From an uncultured Desulfobacteraceae bacterium (GTDB taxonomy: Bacteria; Desulfobacterota; Desulfobacteria; Desulfobacterales; JALSRD01), in the NCBI GenBank assembly GCA_964442705.1, contig CAYUAQ010000002.1, positions 5,959 to 69,958 on the forward strand: a stretch of 64,000 nt of DNA, in the 5' to 3' direction. Under the pieces are notes generated by a model. The model was given only the letters and a program-made list of their open reading frames with translations, searched no databases and was not told the DNA's origin. A program made the position numbers and the translations under genes. Below, in pieces: positions 29,234 through 36,366 of the stretch; the stretch's first letter is position 1; each line of letters starts with the position of its first letter.

Positions 29234-30199
29234 TCACGAACGGCGGTCCTCCTTCTGCGGCCACAGCGAGGTGATCTGCGGCGCGTCCGTGCGATAGGTC
29301 AGCCGCTGGTCGACATCGTCTTCGCGGTAGAATTCGTTGGCCTTCTCCACACCCCGGTCGAACTTGGACATGCAGCGCATGGCCTTGTGGTTGTCGAGAA
29401 AGGCGATCTCGTGCACCAGCGCCCCCAGAAAAACGATGATGTGGCCGAAGGGGTCCACGAAGGACACCCCCTCGATGTCGATGATCACGTACTGGTCCGA
29501 AAGCGTGACGATGGGCGACCGCGGGGTGTCGCTGATCCCGATGGTCCGCACGCCGCACTGCTTGGCGTATTTCATCATCTCGATGGTACGCCGTGGGTAG
29601 CGCGGAAACGCCAGGACCACCATCAGGGTGTTGGGGGGCCCCTCGTTCAGGGCGTCGGTCAGTTCCCAGGAGAGGCTGGTGTCGACGGTCACGTCTTCGC
29701 GCACTTTTTTCAGCAGGTATCCGAAATGGTAGGCCAGTGTGGCCGAGGCCCGGTAGCCGACCACGTACACCCGCTCGGCGTCGAAAATCGTGCGGGCGAT
29801 CTTCCTGAACTCCTCTTCCGTAATCGAGGCCAGCATGTTCTGCAGGTTGGCGATGGCGTTCCGGCAGTAGCGCTGGATGGTGCTCCCCTCGTCGGAAACC
29901 GGGCGCGTGTGGGTCAGGCGCTCGGAACTGGTCAGTTCGGTGTGCAGCAGGGCCTTCATGTAGTGCAGAAAGTCGGCGTAGCCGGAAAATCCCAGGTCCA
30001 CGCTGAAACGGATGATGGTCGGTTCGCTGACGCCGCACTTTTCGGCGATCTCCCGTGCCGTCATCAGAAAGATGTTCTTGTAGTCACGCATGATCATGTC
30101 CGCCACCCGTCGCTTCTTGGGAGACAGGCGCGGATAGACTTGAATGATCCTGTCGAACAGGTCTTTCTTGGCTGACTTTATCTCTTCGCCCCGGGGCAT
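29234..30199 (-). CDS. RpiR/MurR-family transcriptional regulator (HTH_6 + SIS)
   Basis: 321 aa. HTH LMTAREIAEKCGVSEPTIIRFSVDLGFSGYADF, then a SIS-type sugar-isomerase-like fold (RVYVVGYRASATLA...). Confidence 0.85.
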   Translation of the reverse strand: MPRGEEIKSAKKDLFDRIIQVYPRLSPKKRRVADMIMRDYKNIFLMTAREIAEKCGVSEPTIIRFSVDLGFSGYADFLHYMKALLHTELTSSERLTHTRPVSDEGSTIQRYCRNAIANLQNMLASITEEEFRKIARTIFDAERVYVVGYRASATLAYHFGYLLKKVREDVTVDTSLSWELTDALNEGPPNTLMVVLAFPRYPRRTIEMMKYAKQCGVRTIGISDTPRSPIVTLSDQYVIIDIEGVSFVDPFGHIIVFLGALVHEIAFLDNHKAMRCMSKFDRGVEKANEFYREDDVDQRLTYRTDAPQITSLWPQKEDRRS

Positions 30200-30202
30200 T
30201 GG

Positions 30203-30820
30203 TCAATGATTCCTTCCATCCAGGGAAGCCAGTGCGGTTTCGGCCGCCTCCCTGGCGGCCTGGATGTCCGAGGTGGAACCGGCCAGGTAGACCCGGCCGC
30301 TGGCACCGTAGACACTGACATGGTTGATGGTGATGCCGGCGGCTTTTTCCGCCTCGTTGGCCGCGTACCCGGCATAGCCGGCCGGCACGACCTCCAGGAT
30401 GTAGAGCGTGTCGTCGCTCAGCGACAGGCTGGCCGCCCGGAAGCGGTTGACGATCTGGCTCATGTAAGGGTTCAGCCGCTCGATGACCTCCGAGGACAGA
30501 ATCTTTGGCCGCAGCCGGTCGGCCTCACTGCAGCCCAGGTAGTCCAGCACCACCTCGCCCGCCAGCCGCACGTCGTCCGGGTCGTCGGCGTGCACTTCCA
30601 GCATGCCGTAGCTGCGCTCCACCACCAGCGCGCCGGGGCGCACGTTGGCCCTTTTCATGACCGTGTCGGTGATGGTGTTGATCTCCATGCCGGGCGCGAT
30701 TTCCAGGAACAGGGCCGCCTGGCCCGTGACGGGGTAGTACCCGCGGGAAGCCGAACCGATATAGGCCACCATCTGTTTCTGGAGCTGGTCGATGAAGGCG
30801 AAGGCTCTCAGGTCGATCAT
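30203..30820 (-). CDS. BMC-T shell protein, CcmP/CsoS1D-like tandem permuted BMC domains
   Basis: 205 aa. LRAFAFIDQLQKQMVAYIGSASRGY...LEIAPGMEINTITD...VVERSYGMLEVH... and LEVVPAGYAGYAANEAEKAAGITINHV...GRVYLAG; this matches the CcmP-type pattern. Confidence 0.85.
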   Translation of the reverse strand: MIDLRAFAFIDQLQKQMVAYIGSASRGYYPVTGQAALFLEIAPGMEINTITDTVMKRANVRPGALVVERSYGMLEVHADDPDDVRLAGEVVLDYLGCSEADRLRPKILSSEVIERLNPYMSQIVNRFRAASLSLSDDTLYILEVVPAGYAGYAANEAEKAAGITINHVSVYGASGRVYLAGSTSDIQAAREAAETALASLDGRNH

Positions 30821-30899
30821 GGGTCACCCGTGTGTTGCGTTGGCACCGATTTCCGCAGGCCGGGCCTCCGGCGCATCGGCGGTTGTCGTTGGGGCACGC

Positions 30900-32105
30900 T
30901 CATATGCTCTTGAGCCACTCGCGCCTGTTGGGGCACACGGCCGTGACGGTGGTGCAGGCGGCGTTGCCGTCGCAGGCGCACTCGTGCTCGGCGTCTTGGT
31001 AGAAGCGCCCGTAGCAGAAATCGTGAATGGGCAGCGAGGTCTGGCAGTCCAGGATCAGCTCGCCGATCAGCCGGCCGATGACAGGCGCCAGGCCGAAACC
31101 GTGGCCGCAGAAACCCGTCACGAACACGAACCCGGGCACCTCCGAGGTGAGCCCCAGCACCGGGATGCCGTCCGAGGTCTGGGCGATGAGGCCCGACCAC
31201 ATGCGGATCACGTTGAGGTTCCTGAGCACCGGGAAATAATCGATGACCATCCGCGAAATGGCCGGCCCGATGTGGTGAAACAGCGGTTTGCCCCGGCGGT
31301 AGATGAACTGCTCGGTGCCCACGAAACCGCCCCAGAAGAAGGGTCCGTGCACCGTCTGCCGGCCGTAGAACAGCCCCCTGGCGTGCCCCACCATCTGCGC
31401 GAAGAGCGGCGGGTAGGGCTCGGTGATCATGGCCTCGGAAAAAATAGGGCGCATGGGAAAATCCAGCCCCACCATGTTGGCGATGCGCCGGCCGGCCACC
31501 CCGGCGGCGTTGACCACCACTTCGGTTTCAAAAACGTGTTTGTCGGTCACCACCGCGCTCACGCGTCCCTTGCGCAGCCGGATGCGGTGCACCTCCTCCT
31601 GGGTGTAGAAGCGCGCCCCCAGGCTCTTGGCCTTCTTGAAGTAGCCGTAAGTCACCAGGAAGGGATTGACGTGGCCATCCGTGGGACAGAAGCTGGCGCC
31701 CACGACCTTTTCTCCCACGTAGGGGTTGATCTCCAGCACCTGGCGGCGGTCGAGCATCTCCAGCTCCAGGCCCGCTTTCTTCTGGTTCTCCACCGCGTTT
31801 CGCATCAGATCCAGCTCTTCCTCGCAGGTGCACAGCCGCAGGTTTCCCTGGCGCACGTACTCCACGTCCATGCCCAATTCCTCGTGCAGCTGGCCGTACA
31901 TGCGGATGCTCTCCATGGCCAGCGGCATTTCCTTGAGGTTGCGGGCGGACTGGCGCACACCGCCGCCGGTGCTGCCGGATGCCTCGCCGCCGATGTCGGA
32001 CTTTTCGATAACCACCGGCTTCAATCCGGCCTTGGCCAGGTTGTAGGCGATGGCGCATCCCATGACGCCGCCGCCGATGATGACCGTGTCGGCTTTCTCG
32101 GTCAT
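30900..32105 (-). CDS. FAD-dependent amine/amino-acid dehydrogenase, DAO family (SoxB/HcnC/OoxB-like catalytic subunit)
   Basis: Start at MTEKADTVIIGGGVMGCAIAYNLA (32105, GGAGG RBS); the 88-aa upstream extension of the track ORF is rejected. 401 aa with a Cys-rich C-terminal tail. Confidence 0.85.
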   Translation of the reverse strand: MTEKADTVIIGGGVMGCAIAYNLAKAGLKPVVIEKSDIGGEASGSTGGGVRQSARNLKEMPLAMESIRMYGQLHEELGMDVEYVRQGNLRLCTCEEELDLMRNAVENQKKAGLELEMLDRRQVLEINPYVGEKVVGASFCPTDGHVNPFLVTYGYFKKAKSLGARFYTQEEVHRIRLRKGRVSAVVTDKHVFETEVVVNAAGVAGRRIANMVGLDFPMRPIFSEAMITEPYPPLFAQMVGHARGLFYGRQTVHGPFFWGGFVGTEQFIYRRGKPLFHHIGPAISRMVIDYFPVLRNLNVIRMWSGLIAQTSDGIPVLGLTSEVPGFVFVTGFCGHGFGLAPVIGRLIGELILDCQTSLPIHDFCYGRFYQDAEHECACDGNAACTTVTAVCPNRREWLKSI

Positions 32106-32131
32106 TGGACCTCCTGTGTTCGTAGGCTCTC

Positions 32132-32797
32132 TCAGCTGTTGGCAAAAACCTGCAGGCGAATGGGCCGCACCGGACCCCGGGCGGTGGTGGGGTCGATGTC
32201 TCCGGGTGCCAAGCCCAACTCCTCGGTCAGGATGCGCGCCACCAGCGTCTGGCAGGTCTGCCCCTGGCACAGCCCCATGCCGGCCCGGGTGATGCGCTTG
32301 ATGCCGTTTAACGTATGCATGCCGTTGCGGATGGCTTCCTTGATCTCCCCCTTGGTGATCTCCTCGCATCGGCAGATGACCAGGTCGTCGTCAGGGTCGC
32401 GGGTCTGCCCGCCGGTATCGGCCCCATCCGATGCGGCCGCCGGCGCCGCCGGGGTCGGTTCCCCCTTGAGCTGCCGGAAGCGCCGGATGACGCGCTCAAC
32501 GATCTCATCGAGCTGCGCCTCGGTAAACCCGTCTGCAGCATCCGCCGCGTCCCCGCCGGATGGCTTCTCCGGCGTTTCCGGCTCTTTGGAGTCCGTCGCC
32601 GGATCGGCGGACTCTTCCTCCGGCGAAGGGGCAGGAACGCTTTTCCCCGAGGCCACCGTTTTGACGCGAATGCCGTGCTCCCGAATCAGATCGGCGGCCG
32701 CCGAAGAGATACGGGCCCCCCCGGGGACTTCGATTTCCTTCTGTCCGGACCTCACCAGGTGCCGGACTTGCTCGGCGAATATGAAAACAGGTGCCAT
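32132..32797 (-). CDS. BFD-like [2Fe-2S] protein with N-terminal EutQ-N-like motif and internal encapsulation-peptide-like helix
   Basis: 221 aa. C-terminal ICRCEEITKGEI...GMGLCQGQTC (BFD-type). The central helix EAQLDEIVERVIRRFRQL is flanked by low-complexity Pro/Ala/Glu/Asp linkers. Confidence 0.75.
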   Translation of the reverse strand: MAPVFIFAEQVRHLVRSGQKEIEVPGGARISSAAADLIREHGIRVKTVASGKSVPAPSPEEESADPATDSKEPETPEKPSGGDAADAADGFTEAQLDEIVERVIRRFRQLKGEPTPAAPAAASDGADTGGQTRDPDDDLVICRCEEITKGEIKEAIRNGMHTLNGIKRITRAGMGLCQGQTCQTLVARILTEELGLAPGDIDPTTARGPVRPIRLQVFANS

Positions 32798-32836
32798 GCG
32801 GATACTCCCATTCTGCCGCGTGCTTGCTTCGCGCGG

Positions 32837-33217
32837 TTACTTTCCGGACTTCTTCGAACGCCGCGCCGACGGCCTGGCCTTTTTCGCTCGTGCGCCGGCC
32901 CCTGCGCCCCGGGCCTTGCGGTTTCCGGCGGGCGCCGCAGCCTCGGCCGGCTGCCCAACGGCGGCATCGATGTCGTCGGAAGGCCGCGGGATCACGTGCA
33001 CCGACACCACCTGTCCGACGCGCTCGCAGGCGGCGCTGCCGGCGTCGACGGCGGCCTTGACGGCCCCCACATCGCCGCTCACCATGACGGCCACCAGGCC
33101 GCCCTTGACCTTCTGTCGCCCCAGAAATTTCACCCGGGCGGCCTTCACCATGGCGTCCGCCGCCTCGATGGCGCCCACCAGTCCGTGGGTCTCGATCATT
33201 CCCAGTGCCTGCTGCAT
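32837..33217 (-). CDS. BMC-H shell protein (PduA/EutM type) with polybasic C-terminal extension
   Basis: 126 aa. [29 protein letters not shown]...VSVHVIPRP canonical BMC domain, plus a tail ending [28 protein letters not shown]. Confidence 0.92.
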   Translation of the reverse strand: MQQALGMIETHGLVGAIEAADAMVKAARVKFLGRQKVKGGLVAVMVSGDVGAVKAAVDAGSAACERVGQVVSVHVIPRPSDDIDAAVGQPAEAAAPAGNRKARGAGAGARAKKARPSARRSKKSGK

Positions 33218-33293
33218 GCTTTCCTCCCCTGCTGTTTCATGAAATCCGCCGGCCCGTGGCTGTCCTTATCCGTTGGCGTGCACCCCCGTGTGC

Positions 33294-33911
33294 TCATGGC
33301 TTGCGCCCCTCGAGGGCCTTCAGGGTTTCGTCGATCTTGCGGGCCGCGGCCTCGATCTCCGATTCGCTGCCCGCCAGGTAGATGCGCCCGGCGGCACCGA
33401 AGAAACGAATGTCCACCAGCCGCACGTCGCAGTGCTTTTCGGCCTCGTTGGCCGCGATGGACGAGTAGGCCGCCGGTGTAACCTCCAGCAGATAGACGTC
33501 GTCCCCGCCCAGGATCAGCATGCCCTTGCTGTTGCGGTTGATGATGACGGCCTGGTAGGGGTCGATCTTGTGAATCACGCTGGACGACAGGATGCTGGGC
33601 GCCAGGCGGTCCTGCTCGCGCAGCCCGAGTTCCTCCAGAATCATCTGCCCGGCGTGCAGCACGTCCTCGCGCTCGAAAGAGTGGATCTCCATCATGCCAT
33701 AGCGCCGCTCGACGATCATTTCTCCGGGCTTGCAGTTGGTGACCTTCAGGGAAATGTCGGCCAGGCGGTTGATCTCCACCCCCGGCAGTACTTCCACGAA
33801 AAGCGACGCCATGCCCTCCACGGACAGGAATCCCCGGCACGAGCTGGCAAACAAGGATGCGAACTGCGGCTGCATGCGGTCCAGATGACAAAAGGCTCTC
33901 AGTTCGGCCAT
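33294..33911 (-). CDS. BMC-T shell protein, CcmP/CsoS1D-like (second copy)
   Basis: 205 aa, paralogous to 30203-30820. LRAFCHLDRMQPQFASLFASSCRGF...VEVLPGVEINRLAD...LEVTPAAYSSIAANEAEKHCDVRLVDI...GRIYLAG. Confidence 0.85.
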   Translation of the reverse strand: MAELRAFCHLDRMQPQFASLFASSCRGFLSVEGMASLFVEVLPGVEINRLADISLKVTNCKPGEMIVERRYGMMEIHSFEREDVLHAGQMILEELGLREQDRLAPSILSSSVIHKIDPYQAVIINRNSKGMLILGGDDVYLLEVTPAAYSSIAANEAEKHCDVRLVDIRFFGAAGRIYLAGSESEIEAAARKIDETLKALEGRKP

Positions 33912-34010
33912 ACTATGATCTCCAGACGTTTGGACGATTGTGAACGTGAACCCGAAAAGTCTGCCTCCGGTTCCACGAAAATGTTATTGAAAAACATGCC
34001 ATTTCCGGCT

Positions 34011-34865
34011 TCATTGCTCCGGCACATCCGCCGGAACGATCCGCACGCCGTACTCCCTGGCCAGGTCGCGCGCCAGCGGTGTGACGATGCCGCCGGCGGA
34101 CAGGGTCAGGCGGTCTGCGCCGGCCTCCCTGGCCTGACGGATATCCTGGGTCGAAATCAAGCGGCGGCCCGTTTCGCCTCTCTCCGGTCCGCCGGGGCCT
34201 TCGTCGGCCAAACCTGCCCGACCGGTGCTGCGGGCCAGCTTCTCGAAATGCTCGGCCAGTCGTTCCGTCTCGCACAGCTGCATGCCGAAGCGCTCCAGTT
34301 TTTCCAGCACGCGCTGCATCTCGCGGGCCATGGCCGGGTTGGCCATCCTGTCCAGCAGCGTGAATCCGTCGTTGGCGGCCAGCACCGGCTTGTTGGCCGC
34401 AAGGGCCGAGAGCACCAGGGCGCTGCCCTGATCGTCGGCCGCCATTTGCGCCACGCGCACCGCCGTCTGAAAGCAGAAGGTCGGCAGCACCAGCACGTCC
34501 GCACGCTCGAGCACCTTCTCGATGCCATCGGGTCCGACGGTGTCCAGGATGCACCGGCTGCCCGCTTTTTCCCGCACGTCACTTCCGCAGACCCATTGGC
34601 GCGCGGCATCCACGGTAAAGACGCCGGCGCGGCCGGCCAGAGTCTCGATGCGGCGCACCTGTGCCAGGGCCGCTTCCAGCCGCCGCACACCGGGGTGAAA
34701 GACGCACAGGACCGTCGGTCCGGTCTTGTTTCGGTGCGGCGCGCGTTTTTCAGCGGGCGGCTTCACCAGCCCCTCCTCCCTGAGAATTTCCAATACCAGC
34801 CGACGGATGCGTTGCCGCCGGTCGGAAAATGCTTTTCCCTGCTGCTGTGTCACTTCGTCTTCCAC
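34011..34865 (-). CDS. BMC-associated protein of unknown function (N-terminal EP-like helix, Rossmann/flavoprotein-like middle, C-terminal EutQ-N-like motif)
   Basis: 284 aa. N-terminus RQRIRRLVLEILREEGL plus a Pro/Lys linker. Middle ADVLVLPTFCFQTAVRVAQMAADDQGSALVLSALAANKPVLAAN resembles the flavoprotein (CoaC-like) fold. C-terminus LISTQDIRQAREAGADRLTLSAGGIVTPLARDLAREYGVRIV. Confidence 0.55.
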   Translation of the reverse strand: MEDEVTQQQGKAFSDRRQRIRRLVLEILREEGLVKPPAEKRAPHRNKTGPTVLCVFHPGVRRLEAALAQVRRIETLAGRAGVFTVDAARQWVCGSDVREKAGSRCILDTVGPDGIEKVLERADVLVLPTFCFQTAVRVAQMAADDQGSALVLSALAANKPVLAANDGFTLLDRMANPAMAREMQRVLEKLERFGMQLCETERLAEHFEKLARSTGRAGLADEGPGGPERGETGRRLISTQDIRQAREAGADRLTLSAGGIVTPLARDLAREYGVRIVPADVPEQ

Positions 34866-34911
34866 TGTCTTTGCGGCGGCTTCCTGTCGGCCGCAGCGTT
34901 TTTCCGATCCG

Positions 34912-35733
34912 CTAGCGCTTGTCCAGGCAGGACAACGCGATTCCCAGCGGCGTGGTGAACTGCGGAAAAGGCGGCCGGAAAGTCTCCATTCCCAACGCCT
35001 TCTGAACGATGTCGCAAAACCCCTCCAGTTCGCAGGTGCCGCCTACCAGGCAGACGCGGTTGAGCCCCTCGAAGGGCTGCAGGCATCTTTCCACGATGGC
35101 GGCGATCTTTTCGATCACCGGCCGCACCATCGAAAGTACTTCCCGGCTCATGGCCGGGTCGGTCTTGATCTTTTCGGCCGCCTCGTAGTCGATGCCGCGG
35201 TTGCCGGCCACCACCAGGGTCAGGTGCACGCCGCCGGTGGCCTCGTCGTCGGTGAAGACCACGCCTCCCCCCTGGATCACGGCGATGCCGGTGGTGCCGC
35301 CGCCCACGTCGACGATGGCGCCATTGCCGATGCCCAGCACCCGGTTGGCGGCCGTGGGTTCGTCGGGGACGCTCAGTACTTCCAGTCCTGCGCCTTCGAG
35401 AATGTAGCGCGTGGCGTCCACGTTGGCGTCCTCGGTGCGCGGCGGATAGGAGGTGGCGCCCTGTTCGACGGGCAGCGGGCTGGCGCTGCGCATCTCCTCG
35501 ATCATCTCTCCAACCATCTGCCGCGCCCCGGCAAAATCGACGATCAGCCCGCTGCGCACCACTTCCGCCCGCCGCATGCGCGCGGCCCGCGGCCTTCCCT
35601 GCTCGTCGACGATGATCACGATGGCCTTGTAGGTCCCCAGGTCCACGCCCGCATACAGCCGTTCGGCCCCCGCGAAATCCCAGCGCTGCGGGCGATTGAC
35701 CAGGCGTGACAGCGCTTTGCCCGCATCGCTCAT
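34912..35733 (-). CDS. eutJ: EutJ-like actin/Hsp70-fold ATPase
   Basis: 273 aa. Phosphate-1 YAGVDLGTYKAIV and phosphate-2 IVDVGGGTTGIAV, with the size and layout of EutJ. ATGA overlap with the next gene. Confidence 0.8.
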   Translation of the reverse strand: MSDAGKALSRLVNRPQRWDFAGAERLYAGVDLGTYKAIVIIVDEQGRPRAARMRRAEVVRSGLIVDFAGARQMVGEMIEEMRSASPLPVEQGATSYPPRTEDANVDATRYILEGAGLEVLSVPDEPTAANRVLGIGNGAIVDVGGGTTGIAVIQGGGVVFTDDEATGGVHLTLVVAGNRGIDYEAAEKIKTDPAMSREVLSMVRPVIEKIAAIVERCLQPFEGLNRVCLVGGTCELEGFCDIVQKALGMETFRPPFPQFTTPLGIALSCLDKR

Positions 35734-36281
35734 AGGATGCTCCGCCCCAGCTGCGGGCTGGGATAGGGAATGACGGTGTGGCTCAGAACCAGGCCGCTGC
35801 CCTTGAGGGTGTCGATGCCGGCCTCCACGGCCGCGTGGATGGACGACACGTCGCCCGTCAGGGTGAGAAACGATTTTCCCCCCAGCCCGGTGGCGCAGCG
35901 GATCTCGATGATCTCGACATCCGCGGCCTTGACCGCGGCGTCGGCCGCCGTGATGGCCGAGGCCACCGAGAAGGTCTCGATGACGGCCAGGGAATCGATG
36001 GCCCGGATGCGGGTGGTGGCCGTCAGGGCCGGGAACACCGAGGCGTGCACGTTGGGGATGACGAAGTCGTCCACCAAAAATTCCCCGGCCGCCTCGCGGC
36101 CGACATCCGCGGCGCGCTCCACCGAGTCCACATCGCCGGACACCAGCACCATGAACTTGCCGGCACAGATGGGCTGTGCCATGACAAGGTCCACATCGGC
36201 GGATTTGAGCATTTCGTCCGCACTTTCCACGCCGCGGGCGACGCTGTTGAGCTCGATCATGGCGATGGCTTTCAGTTCCAT
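35730..36281 (-). CDS. BMC-T shell protein, PduT-like tandem BMC domains
   Basis: Start at MELKAIAMIELNSVARGVESADEMLK (36281, GGGGA RBS), 183 aa. Second domain LAVIETFSVASAITAADAAVKAADV. Cys in AQPICAGKF sits where PduT ligates its pore [4Fe-4S] cluster. Confidence 0.85.
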   Translation of the reverse strand: MELKAIAMIELNSVARGVESADEMLKSADVDLVMAQPICAGKFMVLVSGDVDSVERAADVGREAAGEFLVDDFVIPNVHASVFPALTATTRIRAIDSLAVIETFSVASAITAADAAVKAADVEIIEIRCATGLGGKSFLTLTGDVSSIHAAVEAGIDTLKGSGLVLSHTVIPYPSPQLGRSIL

Positions 36282-36366
36282 ATTCAATCCCCGCGTTTGC
36301 GCTTGCGGTTCAGGCGCCCTTGATATCCCGGCGCCGGGACGTCTCCGGAAAAGGCGCTGTTTCTTC

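Noticed and set aside
32106-32369. 88-aa N-terminal extension of the DAO-family ORF (track start 32369)
   Set aside because: The extension is His/Arg/Gly-rich, overlaps the 3' end of the BFD gene, and precedes a perfect GGAGG-spaced ATG directly in front of the FAD GxGxxG fold. The start is set at 32105. Analogous upstream extensions were trimmed for the PduT-like (36593 to 36281), EutS-like, NtrC-type, DctP/Q, GntR, TctC, gdhA and AOR genes.
30792-33242. 816-aa plus-strand ORF spanning the DAO, BFD and BMC-H genes
   Set aside because: Antisense to three independently well-supported genes. Low-complexity Ala/Gly/Arg/Ser composition with no domain signatures.
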